Part shown: positions 49,631 to 64,000 of the stretch, piece by piece
Layout: each line of letters begins with the position of its first letter
Position numbering within the stretch: the first letter of the stretch is position 1
Source of the DNA: Camelus dromedarius
Taxonomy: Eukaryota
Length of the DNA stretch: 64,000 nucleotides
Direction: 5' to 3'
Assembly (NCBI RefSeq): GCF_036321535.1
Contig: NC_087447.1
Location: 39,496,001-39,560,000 of the forward strand
Position numbers and translations under genes: made by a program
Notes under the pieces: model-generated
Database searches by the model: none
Told to the model about the DNA's origin: nothing
The model's input: only the letters and a program-made list of their open reading frames with translations

Positions 49631-50049
49631 TGGCTCATTCTCCTAACTTGTTCTTACTTTTCAAGAGTTTTTAGCTATTTTTGGTCCTTTGCCTTCCCAT
49701 GTACACAAGTGCGAGTCAGGTAGTGGTGGTGAAAATTATTGAGTTCTCACTTGGATTGGATTTCATCTATAGATTGGGTGGACCTGACAGCTTTACATTA
49801 TTGATTCCTTCAGCTCATGCACATTTGTATCTCTCCATTTATTCAGATCTTCTTTAAAGTTTTTTAATAACACTTTTATAATTTCCTCCATAAAGATCTC
49901 TTACAGCTTTTGTTAGGTTTATACTTCAGCACTTCATATTTTTTAAGCAAATGGTATATTTAAAATGTCCTATTTGCTACTATCATACAAAAGTGCATTT
50001 TTAAGTCTCTTATTAAACTCCCAAATAAACTGTTTGCCCTCAAGTACTT

Positions 50050-51600
50050 TTTCAGAGTCAACTTACAGGGGAAACCAAATTAAGATAGTTGGTCTGCTGG
50101 AATGTCGTAGCACTGCAGTAACCATCACCTGTCACAAACTGGCGTCGGGTCCACAAGGACAGGGATGCACTGCCTTAAGTAACTGATCTCTAGCATGTTA
50201 GAGGGATACGGTGGTGTTACTTGGGATTGGCTAATAGGCTGGTTGTTGCTAAGTGCAATTGGTACACGAAAGGGAGAGAATGTCAGGCGCGACTCAGGGC
50301 ACGATGTAAAAGATCTCCCGGGCAGCATTCGAAGAAATCCTTAGCTCGTGCAGGTGAAGGGCAGGCTGTGCTAAACATCAAGCCAGAAATGACAAAGCTG
50401 AGTTTGCAGCTCTCGCAAGTCTCCTGTCAGGCCCAACTAGGTAGGGAACGGGACCCTGGAACATGGAGTGGGGACATCCGAGTGGAAACACTGAGCGCTC
50501 TGAGCCTGAGTTCTCTGAACCCTGCGGGCTGGTGGTCCACCCCTCTTGCTGATGGACAGGAGCCTCCTCTACTTGGAGACCTCATTTGCCTCCCCAAGAT
50601 CTGCCCCACCTCATCCCATTGCTTCTAGCCCAATGAACATGGTCCGTTGAGGAAGTCTAGTCCTTAATTCAGGAAGAAAGAGACCATCAGCAAAAAAGTG
50701 GCAGGATTTGGCTGGTCTGCACCCTTCTTCCCAGGAGGAACTCAGAGGACATGACATTGGGCTAGATTAGAGAGAGTTTATCACTTTATAAGATGCTCCT
50801 CTGCAATTCAGGATTTACCATCCAGGCAAAGAAAACTGGAGGTGATCCTTTGTCAGCCAGACAGTGTCCCGGCAGGAGGCTCCTTGAAGCCTTGGCAGAG
50901 CCCTGATGCAATGCTCAGTACTCAGAAAGTTCAAAGAGCCAGTGCTCCAGGGATGGATTTATAGTATAAGACCCATCATCTGAACGTGTGCTCCAGAAGG
51001 CCAAGAAGATACTGTCTTCACTAAAACAGTAGTGACGGGGGAGCATCACTGAGAAGGTCGGTGGTGGCCTGCAGGCCAAGGCTGATGGCAGGGGATGCTG
51101 CTGTGGAACTGGGTTCCCTTGTATGAATGGAGATGACAGGGTCTGGAACAGCAGAGACCAGGTGCAGCACTGTGCTGTCAGAGGCAAAGGAGTGATCACC
51201 GTAATAGGCAGCCAGGCATGGCAACCAAGGAGCCTAGTCCCACAGGGACCTGGGGAGATGGCTAACAGACTACAGCAAGGCGGGGACAGAAGAGATGGGC
51301 AGCCTTCCAAGGTGTTGCTTGACTCTTTGAATCTTTAAAAATCAAGACCACATGAGCAGATATCAGCTGCTGCAATGAAATTCACCGTCCTTCATTCACC
51401 TTTTGCAGATCTAAGCCTGTTCTTAGACCCAGGGCTCACTGAGCACAGGGGATGCTGAGGCACTGAGGAAGGAAATTATGATGCCGCATAAGGGCATCAA
51501 AGGTATCTAGTGCCATTTGCCTGAGTATCTATACACTGGGCAGTGGGAAACACACATCCTCTTGGGATTACTGAATGCAGGACCTTGCTTTCTGGCTTAG
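50050..51600 (+). mobile_element. ERVL/MaLR internal (gag-like) remnant
   Basis: GRERDPGTWSGDIRV (about 50440-50485) resembles ERVL Gag GKEWDPxxWxGDxW. Confidence 0.65.
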
Positions 51601-51604
51601 TGAG

Positions 51605-51840
51605 AGCTAACGGGTTTTTTTTTTTTTCCCCCTTCCCCTGTAAAGGGCCAGGTAGTAATTTTTTTAAAGCTTTGTGGGCTACAGGGTATGTTACAACTAA
51701 TCAGCTCTGCTGTTGCAGCATCAAAGTAGCCACGAGAGTAAGCAAACAAACAGTAGCGGCTGTGTGCTAATTCACCTTTCTTTACAAAAACAGGCAGTGG
51801 GCCAGAGCTGGCGCCCAGGCCATCGTTTCCAGACCCCCTG
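51605..51840 (-). mobile_element. MER58-like hAT MITE
   Basis: CTGTAAAGGGCCAGGTAGTAA...TTTACAAAAACAGGCAGTGGGCCAGA. Confidence 0.7.
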
Positions 51841-52879
51841 GCCTCGGACACATCAATTTTCATAAAAATTCTTCGTGTATTTGAAAATACTGTATAGTTT
51901 CCAAGTGTTGAGTTCATTAATTTGCATTCTGTAAATCAGAGCAGGGCATTAAGTTATGCTTTTCAAACTCTCTGTGTTCTACATCTTTTTGGCCCTCTTT
52001 ATCTATAAATAACTGAATGAGTTTAGTTGTATAAAGATCTCCCACTATAGTCATGAATGCCAAATTTTGCTGTATAAATTTGCAACTATATGTCATTAGG
52101 TCCATACAACTTTAGAATCCTTTATCCTTCCTAGTTAATTAAAACCTGTATCACCTTGAAGTAATTCTCAAAAACTCTAATAATTTTTGACTTAAGCCTC
52201 ATTAGTGTGAGAATAATACAGAGATGTCAGCTTTCTCTTGGTGTTTTGCTGGAGTATTTCTCATCCTTCATTTTCCATCTTTCAGTGCTTTTGTACTTTA
52301 GTTGGTTCCTTGTCATCAGTTCAGAGCACACCTTTTCGGTCTGAGCTTCTTGGGAGCCAAAGCAAACGGGAGAACGTTTACTGAAAAAATGCAGTCTAGC
52401 TGTCAGCAGTCTACTTGCTCATTCCAACAACCCAGACAAATCTGACACGGACACAAGTGTCTTCAAAGGCCATTTAAAAACCTCTCAGGCTTCACGGCTC
52501 ACACGACACTGTGCTTTCTGACCTGGAATTGTATCGGCTGCCCACTTGTTACTTAACAGCAGTTTATTCGGCTTTCAATATGCAGCAGCTACGCTCAAGA
52601 GTCCTCTGCCAGTAGTAAGGCAGGAAGAAATGATCAGGGCTTCCCAGCAAAGTTGCTTGTTCCCCATCCTCCAGGAAGCCTTGTTTCCCCTCCCCTGTGC
52701 ACCTCAGTCCCTTTACTCAATGAGGTTATGTCACTGAGTATGTCACTATTTTTGCTGAACTCAAGTTTACTGGAACTGTAGGCACTAACAGGGATGATTG
52801 TGATGTATGTACTAAAGCACCTTGCTTTAGCGGAGGAGGTAGAGGGCAAAAAAAGTGCCACACGGCCAGCGGCAGAGCC

Positions 52880-53610
52880 AGGACTGGGAGGAGGTTTTCC
52901 CACCTCTAAGTTCTTGCCACTTCCTAGCTTTTTTGATCTTAATAAGGACTTAACTTCTCTGGGCGTCAATTTCCTTACTGGAAAACTGGAAATGACTCCT
53001 TTATTCAAGAGGATGTAGGTGAAAGGAAATTGTGACGATGAAGGCACATGGCATGTTAACAGGGTCTCAACAAGATGTCCCACAGTTCCCTTCCCTCTGC
53101 CCTGAGCAGCTCACTGGACAACAGCCTTCCTCTCCAACTGTAGCTTGCTAAAAATGTCTCTTCCAAAGGGCTGGAACGTAATCTCTTCTCTGTTCCCACT
53201 GTCCCACAGCGCCTCTTGGGATTTGAGGCTGGCTTTAACCTCAGATTTCAAAGAAATGAGGAAGAGCAAGACCTTGTGAGGGCCAGTTCAAACCAAAGGA
53301 TCCCAGGGTACATTGGGCCCTGCTGTCAGAAGCCCAAGGTCACTGTTGGTTAAAGTGCCCGCCCCCAGATTTCTCCCCAGCCTTGAGCTGCTTCCACTGA
53401 GTCTCAGTGGGCCACAGTAAGACTTCAGAGCCAGGGTGACCTATTTAAGGTTCCACCACTCACCAGTCACGACTCTGGATGACCTGCCCTTTCTGAGCAT
53501 CAGTTGGGGGCACTAATATCACTGTCATTAGGACTGTTGTGAGAAACACACACTGTACCAGCACACTGGCCCAGTGCCCAGCATGCAGTGAACACTCAGT
53601 GAATCCAAGG
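52880..53610 (+). mobile_element. Two MIR fragments (about 52880-53080 and 53420-53610)
   Basis: ACTTAACTTCTCTGGGCGTCAATTTCCTTACTGGAAAA; CTTTCTGAGCATCAGTT...GGACTGTTGTGAGA. Confidence 0.55.
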
Positions 53611-54016
53611 CTTTGTGATGCGTGAGTGTGCTGCACACACCTGAGCACGGGGCAGGGGCTGCAGCTCAGCCATGCCCCGTGCAGGCACCGACCATGCTGC
53701 GTTTACCTCTGGCCCCCATCCTCTGCTCTACCCCCGCTTCCTGGCAGGTACCAGGCAGGTTGGGTTAACAGTTTTAATGAAGCACTAAAGAGGGACAGGC
53801 AGGCAGGCAGACTAGCTGTCCAATGGATGTACTTAAGAAACCCTGCTGGACATAAGACCTCACATTCAGATTACTGAGCTTGGTGGACACCATCAAAATG
53901 ATCATGGCTTCAGCCTCCTTTACTCTGTCCTGCACATGTTCACCCACAACACACAAAGCACCTTTCAACAACATACACTTCTGCAGATAAAAAAGGTGAC
54001 CCACACTTTCATTTTC

Positions 54017-54022
54017 TTTATT
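54017..54022 (-). terminator. TEAD1: Distal TEAD1 polyadenylation signal AATAAA
   Basis: Minus strand CAATGAAAAATAAAGAAAATGAAAGTGTGG, followed by U/GU-rich downstream sequence. Confidence 0.7.
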
Positions 54023-57000
54023 TTTCATTGATACCGTATGAATACAAAGTTTCTAGAAAGCTACAAAATGTCTACCACTTTATCAAGAAGGCATCAAAAT
54101 GTGTCACTTTGCAAAGACATGAAAACACCTGCAGGAACTGACACAAAAATAGCATTTTTAGAGTGATGAAATAATTGCACTTAACTGTCATGGATATTAC
54201 AGTTATCACACATATGTACCGCAAAAGCTAGAATACATTTTTTTTTTACAAAGCACTTTATAAAAAAATTCTCTGCACACAAACCCTATAATTTTCATAT
54301 AACTATCATACTAAAGATAAATTCACTTTAAAGCCAACACTTAGAACATTTTTAAAACAAAAAGGTACCAGTACCTAAACACAGACGTTAACAAATACAA
54401 GAATACTGTACTGCCAAGAGGTTTAACCAAATGCCTTTTGAAAGTTTCTGCAAATAGGTTAAGAAAACATACGTGAGAATTTGCCCCCCACCCCCCACCT
54501 CTCCGATCTACCCAGGAGGAACCCTACTGCCCAAAGGCAGGCTCCCCAGCCCCCTCCCAGCAGCAGTACAATATCAAAGGAACCACTGACCGGATGAAAC
54601 GCTTACGTCACAAGCCCGTTTTATACACGTGACACGAAGACACAGACTGTGAGCTTCCCATCAAGTCATTTAGAATGTGAACAAACACACGTGGCAAAAA
54701 CCGATTTACATAAAATTTAAGCATATTAAAGAATTAAAGGCTATTCAGGTTTCTTTTTTAAATGTTACAAAACTTTTTTTTGTCATTTTTTAGGCACGTC
54801 GTTTTTGTTTTTACTTGTTTTTTTCCCTTATCTGCAGTCATGAGCCTATTGAAAAAGGCCTACAGAAGTGACTCTTGCAAGGAGGTAACAGGAAGATGTA
54901 TTTTTTTTTAAGAAGTGCAGTTAATATTTAATTTACACAGTGAAACTAATCATGGAAAATAACTGATGTAAAAAAAGAAAGAGAGAGAAAGACAAAGAAA
55001 GAAAAAGGGAGGGAGGGGAGGGAGAGAGAAAGAAAGATCAGAGACTGTTTTCCAACTGATTTACGCCTAGATTCTGTCAGCCTCTCTTAGAAAAAGGGGC
55101 AGGACGACAGTCTCGTCACGGAAGGCAGACAGAAGAGAGTCAGCCCGGCAGAGGTGGACTCTCCTGGAATCTGACTCCACCTAATGATGGACAAGAGGGA
55201 ACATAAATGCCGTTTCAATGACCAAAGTGACACAGTGGGGCATGTGACGGACTCAATGCAAATTCACAGAGACTAAAACAAGTGAACGGCTTAGGAAGTA
55301 GGACAATAAATACAAGTATTTCATCTCATTTAATGGTGCGTGACTTCAGTGAGACTATCCTTTGCAATGCAGTAAATTTTAAACATAAAACCTTCATTCT
55401 TAATGATATAAAAGCAAAGAGTTAATGAGAGAAACTTGCCAAGCAAAGCACAGTAACAGTTGACAGGGAAGCAAGAAAACAAATCTTTGACTAATTTCTT
55501 TCAAGTTGTGTAGCCCTGACGTGACAGGGAGGGGCTGAACTTAAGCAGCTAACTGTAACTTGTGCTAGGCATTTTCCTTTTCATTTGATTTTTCTTTTTT
55601 TTGTAGAAATTTCTACGAATACTCACAACTTGGGTGGACAGAAATCACTCCTGAAATTCTGGAAAACCCAAAGAGGGTATCCTTAAAGACACCAGGTAGA
55701 GACAGACAGATCATACACATGAAGTGCTCAGAGGCTAACTTTCAAAGCTGTCTGATGTCATTTAAAAGTCTATAATGGTAAAGAAAAAATCTTTTTTTTT
55801 TTGTCTTGGCTTTTGTTTGGCTGGTGTTTTCACCTTCTCGTCCTTTTCACGTCTCTTCCTCCTATCAGTTTTCCCAGTTTATACCAGGTTTTGATAAAAG
55901 CCAACACGGACTCTAAAAGAGTTGCCCTTTGGAGGGCTGGAACATTCATTCTTTGAAAATTCCAAATTGTGAGCGGTGCTCTTTGGAAGTTTCTCATAGC
56001 ACATTCAGACACAACACTCAGAGTCAACATTTTCACCCTAAGAAGAACACTTCGATTGTAATGACCCTAACCCATTTTTGTTCTGCACTGTCATCTCAGT
56101 TTGAGGCTTCCAACTTTCAAAACGGTATCACCGCATAAACCAGAGAAGTGCGCGCTGTCATTGGAGGGGAGAGGCCAGCCTCCGCAGAGATTGAGCTCGG
56201 ACACAGGGAGAAGGACCCGTCTGTCCACCAGCCGAGACTCTGCAGTCGGTGTGGAAGTTCCCCCAGGCGGACATGGGGCCAGGTGACGAGCGGAGACGGC
56301 GCACCGGGGCATTGGCACACAAACACACCAGTTCCTGGGGTCCCTCCTGCCGCCGGGTGCTACTGGGGAGTGTGGCGGCGGGGGTCCCCCCACCGCAGAC
56401 AGACTCACAGCAGGCAGGGTCCGCGTCGGGCTCACGTGAACAGAGGCCTGTGGTAGGTGAGTGACTCACCCCGGTACACCAAAGGCATTACGGTGATCTC
56501 GAAAGATTTTTGGTCTCTCTACAAATTATCGTGGTTACGGCAGCACTTTTCTAAGCTGGAATCTCAAACCAAAGGCACTTTCATGCTAGACTGCAGAAGA
56601 TTCACAAATAGCTAAGTATTTGGTCGTGAATTTAAAAGGCAACATCAAAAGTGTACAATTTGCTTCTCATAGTAAACTACGAAGTTGCAAAATCTTCTGT
56701 TTTGGTATAGACATTGGACAGTGTGGTCAATGAACTGACTCCTGCTCATTTCAGATTTAGACCAAGGAGTCAGTCTTCAAGAGAACTGGAGAAAAATGGG
56801 CTTACAAAACAAAAATGAAAACAACGCTTGCTTGCTCTGTTTTAAAATACCGGGCCAATCAGTGAAGGGACGCTGAGATCTGGTGTAAGAAAAGGCTGGC
56901 GGCACGACTAAAGTATCACTAAGGCACTGCTTACTGGAACGCTTTGGCAGCTCTGAATTTAAAACTTCCTAAAAAAGTAACAGTAGTAATAGAAATGCTT

Positions 57001-57832
57001 CCAGCTTACAAAAGGGCTCACAGTTCCGAGGCAGCCTTCTGCACTGCAAACCCTACACGCGACATCGCAGAGATTTAAGGCTTTTCAGAAATGACATGTG
57101 CAGGGCTTTGCCACAGAAACATCAACAGAAAGAAATAAGCAATGCAGATGTATCCTCTTAACGTCACAGGTGTGAACACCAACACATAAAATTGGCTCTA
57201 CCCTTCATTAGGACAGGTGTAGTGTACCAGAGCACAGACAAAATCATACGGATTCTATGTACCTGGTTTGAAAAATTGACTGTCATCTTGTGTGACTTAA
57301 ATAATTTACGTTTGTACAAAAGCAAACTGCAAAAGCCACTACAGTACTGAGACCTGGAGAAGACTTGGGTTTGTAACACCAAGTGCTGGGAACAGGGGCT
57401 GTTTTTTGGCTGGTCCGAGTGTGGGGCTTTTGCTGCTGGGATGCTTCTGCAAAGAGGAACCTGACTCAGAGCCTGTGGCAGGTGAGCTGTCCTCAGGGTC
57501 AGGAAAAGGCTCATCAGCTTTCCAGTCTGCTCGTGGGTGCCTCTCAGACGAGACACCGCGGTGCGAGGAGCAGCACCGACACCCGGCAGTGCTGCTGCTC
57601 CGGCAGAGGAAGGGGGCCTGAGTCCCCCTCTCTCTTCTGCACCGACCCTGTCCACACACTCGTGGGGATCACCTCGGCACGAGCACCAAAGAGGAACGAC
57701 CCAGCAGAAGAGGCCAAGGATTAAGTGGCAGGAGTCCTAGAGCCTCGCTTTTACTGTCACTAGCTGATGACTCTGGGCAAGTCATCTCCTCTCTGGGCTT
57801 CAACTTTCTCATCGACCCAGCAAAGGAGGGTA

Positions 57833-58450
57833 CAGGCATACCTCGTTTATCGCGCTTGGCAGATACTGCGTTATTTACCAATCAAAAGCTTACGGCAACC
57901 TTTTGTTAAACAAGTCTGTTGGCGTTACTCCTCTGCTGGCAGTTGCTCACTTCATGTCTCTGTATCACATTTTGATAATTCTTGCAATATTTCGACTTCT
58001 TCATTATTTTTAAATTTTTTTTTGGTGATCTGTGATCTTTATGTTACTATTGTAATTGTTTTGGCATTTTTTAGCCATAAAGTGTTTTAAAATTAAGGTA
58101 TGTCATTGATTTTAAGACATAATACTATTGCACACTTAACAGACTACAACATAGTGTAAACATACTTTTTTTGGGGGGGGAGTAATCAGTCTTATTTATT
58201 TATTAATCAGTTTTATTTATTTATTTTTCATTTATTTATTTATTTATTATTTAATGGAGGCACTGGGGATTGAACCCAGGACCTCGTGCATGCTTAGCAC
58301 GCGCTCTACCACTGAGCTATACCCTCCCCCGTAAACATAACTTCTATATGCACTGGGAAACCAAATAATTCCCGTGACTGGCTTCGCTGCGGTATCTGCT
58401 CTGCTGTGGCGGTCTGGGACAGAGCCCATGCTATCTCCGAGGTATGCCTG
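57833..58450 (+). mobile_element. Internally deleted Tigger1 (Tc1/mariner)
   Basis: TIRs CAGGCATACCTC (57833) and GAGGTATGCCTG (58450), TA at the left flank, Tigger1 terminal sequences. Confidence 0.88.
58166..58330 (-). mobile_element. Vic-1-like SINE nested in Tigger1 inside the TEAD1 3' UTR
   Basis: Reverse complement of GGGGGAGGGTATAGCTCAGTGGTAGAGCGCG...GGGTTCAATCCCCAG with (AAAT)n tail. TSD GTAAACATA at 58156 and 58331. Confidence 0.9.
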
Positions 58451-58994
58451 TGGACTGTGCCCTCTCATAGCTCCTTGGAGAAAAAATTCTATTAGTCCTC
58501 TCCCAAAACCTCTCCTCCATCCCTAAAGATGAAAAGAAATATTCCAGAGGTTTCAGTAAATTCTACAAACAGCATTTAGTGTTAAGTCTGGAAGTAGAAG
58601 ACCAGAGAAAATTTACTGAAATGATTAAGGGCTTGATGATGAGAACCATAAGCTTATGAGAAATAATGACAACAGGTGGGGTTCTTTTTTTTAAACCTGG
58701 AAAAATAAGGAATGAAGAGCAAATGAAAACTACCCTTTAAAGAGGTGTGAGATGGTTACAGGGATGATGGTCAGCCGCTGTTCCCGATCCCCCTGGGGAT
58801 GGGGGAAAGAATACCTGGAAAAGAGAGACTGTTGTGAAATAGAAGTTCTGAAACAGGAAGAAACATGGGCACAATGTCATGTGAGTAATATTCCTCCCTG
58901 TCTCTTGATGGCCCAGGAGAGAAGCTTTCTCAGGGTAAGATGGAAAGAAAAAGAAAATCTCAAATACGGTATTTGTGACCTGTCAGATGTAGGG

Positions 58995-59201
58995 CAGTGG
59001 TTCTCAACCAAGGGTGATCTGTGCCCTGCGGGACATTTGGCATTGTCTGGAGACATTCTGGGTTGTGACAACTGGGGAAAGGGTGTTATCTAGCAGGCAG
59101 AGGCCAGGGATGCTGCTAAACCTCCTACAGTGCACAGGACAGCCCCGCACCACAAAGAACGATCTGGTCCAAACATCAACAGTCAGGGTCGAGAAACCCT
59201 G
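58995..59201 (+). mobile_element. MER20 hAT-Charlie element
   Basis: CAGTGGTTCTCAACC...GGACATTTGGCATTGTCTGGAGACATT...GAGGCCAGGGATGCTGCTAAAC...GAGAAACCCTG. Confidence 0.88.
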
Positions 59202-62200
59202 GTCTTGGGTAGCTTAGATGGTCTGGGATTCTAGGACTTGCTCTGAAGAAGCCCCGATTTCATTCAGGTCTCTTGCTAAGATGGAAATGAATGCCAAGAG
59301 ACTGAAGCCCAGTTCTTCAGCTTCTCCCTATCTAGGCTGTGGAAACTGGCCTCTCAACTCTACAGTGAAAGCACAAGATGTCCCTGAATCAATCCTGGTG
59401 GTGGAGGGTCACCAGGAGATAGAGCACCCAGAAGAGAGCAGTGAGAACAGAGCTTTGGAAATGTTTCTTTATGGTTTTAAAAGCTGTACAGACAAAAGGA
59501 GAAGACTCTGCCATAAATGGTGAAAGACCAAAGATAGACATGGATTAGATGTTATAACACAAATATCATCTCAGGCTCTAATTTGGGAGAGACGGAGAAA
59601 GGTCAAGAATTTGGGTACCTAGGCCAGGGTGGAGACAGGGAAAACATCTGCCCTGGAGAGAACTTTAGAAGAACAAGACAAGAGGTAAACCTGTTCTAAG
59701 AGCAAACAGCAATGCTCAAGGTCATCCAGGTAAACCCCGAAACTCAACTACAAAGGCATTCAGAGGAAGAGGACAAGCATCCGAAGGCCCAGCCTGTCTC
59801 TACGAATTCAGCAGACCAGAGTGTGACTTACTCTGCAGCCAACAGAACTGCCTTCTAGCTGCTGTGCATGGGTCTCAGTCTATTTGTGCTTTGAAAAAAG
59901 TAAATCCCAAGAGCCCTATGGCAGCGCAGAAGAGCCCCCCATTCCTGGGTGGGAACGTGAGCCAGATACCTCTTCCCCTAAAGCCCTGGGACAGCCTAGC
60001 TTTTAGCCACATAAGATCATTTGAACCCCTTGGTCCTGAGAGAGCAGGGGTTCTCTTGAGTAAAGATGCAGGAGATGGGAGCAAAAGAAACATACTAAGA
60101 GAACTAAACATACTAAAAGAAACATACTGTAAATATGATGATCATGGAAGAAGCTTAATGCCTGGGCTGAAGACCAGATGGAAGGGTGCACAACTGGGGC
60201 AATTCGCCAAAGCCCCACTTGACAGCAGGGAACAAACTGTGGTCTCTTTATGTAAGGAAGATGCACACCATCCTACTGGCTTATGTAAGGGATGCACACT
60301 CCAAAAGGGGAAAGTTCTGCACTTTCTCCTCTGGTCTTCCCAGGGACCAGTGTCATGAGTTTGGGAGAGGTCAGGCTTGGTCCAATGTTCTTCTGTTTGC
60401 CATGAGCCAGCCACACCCTCGTGCTCATGACCACCAGACACTAACCAATATATAAGCAGGGTCAGAGCAGGTGGTGGGACAGGCAAGAGGGTGTGCACAT
60501 TACTTGGATATGACAGAACAAAGTTTCTATTTTCTGGCTTGATGTAAAAGTCTTGACATGTTTCACAACTTAACGTAATATATGTTAACATATTCCTGAC
60601 AATTATAAAAATGTCACTTTCCTCTGAAAAGTTGGAAGGTATGTCCTGTCCCCTTCCCAATGAAGCACTTATGGGAAGAACCCCAAGACATGTGGCCACG
60701 TCAAACCAGCTCTGCCTGGACAATGCTTTGGAATTATTTGGGTTGGAAAGTTGAATCTCTCCTGGGAAGAGAACCTCCAAAATGAGCCTAGTTGAAAAAG
60801 GCAGAGATAGAGTCTCTCCAACCTCAGTCAAACAAGTGATGTGACTTATTGAGAGATGCCAAGTAAACAAATGGGTGTTCTTAGAGAATACATCTAGATT
60901 TACGGACACAGACTGAAAAATATACACATATCAGCACCTAGCAAACTGGGTGACACTGAATAGATGTTTAATAAATACGTGTTGAATAATTATATGCGTA
61001 TATGTGTACATATGTATACACAAACACACACATACACATATAGTTATAGCAGGGTAATATGCACACTGGATCACCAGAAATAATTTATCCACAGGCTGGT
61101 AAGGATGCTTGCAATTTTCTGGGGAGCAGAGATCCTAAAACTGATGAGCCTTTTACGAGTTTGGTTAATGAAATTTCTCCCAGCCACAGGGTTTTCTATA
61201 ATTTGCAGCTCACAGTGCAGTATTCATGCCAATTTAAAATTTTTGTTATTAAATTTTAGTGGTTCAAAGATTTACTTGTCTTAATAAAAAAATTTTGGTT
61301 GTCCATATAAAATATAACTGCACACACAAGACTATAAACATTGTAAGTTTAGATTTTCAGTATTTATCTACTTATTGCAAAAAGAGCCATCTTTTCTTTT
61401 TCATTAAATAATCATCACATTAGTACAATACAATTTTATATTTTTTAAATATACTATATATGTTAAGGATAAGGGGTGAAGTTTTCTTCCTCTGTAATAC
61501 CTGTTTCAAGAGTTTAATGGATTAGGAGATTAGTTTTAACCTTGAGGAAAAAAGTACAAATTTGTCTCATTAGGATATTTCTATCAAGCATTTCTTAAGG
61601 CTATATTTTAACATTTGGTTTCAAAAAGAAAGAAAAGTTTCATTTAAAAAATAATTTAGTGAATTACATTCTTTCATAACTTCCACCCTAATTAGTTACA
61701 AAGATAAGTCTAAAGATTCTTAGTTTTGTGTACTAATTTACATTTATATTTAAAGATTAATTTTACTTGTATCTTAAAACAAGAATTTTATGTTGAAAAA
61801 AAAAACCAACTAAATATATTTGTATAAAGGCTGTAAATGTCCAATGGTAAATGCTCTGTCTCAATTTTTTTTTTCTACCACAATGAGAAACAGGTCTCTG
61901 CAGACAGAGATGTGGGTTCTTAAGGTTCACCTTCCCGAGGAACTGTGGGCTGTGGATCTGAAGAACACACAGAAACAACTCGATTTCTCTTTTTACAACT
62001 GTACCAGAACTTCACAGCTACAATGATAGTATGAACACATGAAAAAATGACTTTACTCAAACAGGATTTAGAAAAGTCAGGGTGACCTCAGGGCCAGGGC
62101 AGCACCCCTGTGTGGTGAGGTTTACAGTCAGTCGTTCGAACATGGAGAGAGTGTGTGCGCGCACGTGTGTGTGTGTATATACAGATATCTATATATATAA

Positions 62201-62210
62201 ATAACCACGG

Positions 62211-64000
<1,790 letters not shown>

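Larger units (their letters stand above)
54000..62210 (-). other. TEAD1: TEAD1 3' UTR (about 8.2 kb)
   Basis: Follows the TEAD1 stop codon. Long U-rich, repeat-poor blocks at 54000-55900 and 61200-62200. Ends near the AATAAA at 54017-54022, consistent with the known long TEAD1 3' UTR. Exact end inferred. Confidence 0.75.

Noticed and set aside
59864..60927. 261-aa and 164-aa ORFs
   Set aside because: They lie in the inferred TEAD1 3' UTR, have no domain features and are probably chance ORFs.

Overview
This is mammalian genomic DNA, most likely camelid, judging from repeated Vic-1-like tRNA-derived SINEs. It spans the TEAD1-RASSF10 interval in reverse orientation. At the left is the intronless RASSF10 gene (minus strand, CDS 1550-3085, 511 aa) in a CpG island. 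At the right are the last coding exon of TEAD1 (minus, 62211-62324, absent from the ORF track) and its roughly 8 kb 3' UTR, with a distal AATAAA at 54017-54022. The roughly 50 kb between them is rich in repeats (L1, L2, MIR, MaLR/ERVL LTRs, hAT and Tigger MITEs). It includes a nested stack around a defective class I (gamma-like) provirus at about 20956-26504. Three leads deserve follow-up. (1) Non-repetitive minus-strand segments, some bounded by splice sites, translate with stops and frameshifts into C-type-lectin-, PAN/apple- and WSC-like cysteine patterns, suggesting a lost multidomain extracellular-protein gene. (2) The proviral 3' LTR kept its CpGs and a perfect YY1 motif, while its twin 5' LTR decayed. 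(3) A sense-oriented SINE places AATAAA signals in the middle of the TEAD1 3' UTR. Repeat family names and boundaries come from recalled consensus sequences read by eye and are approximate. No searches were run.
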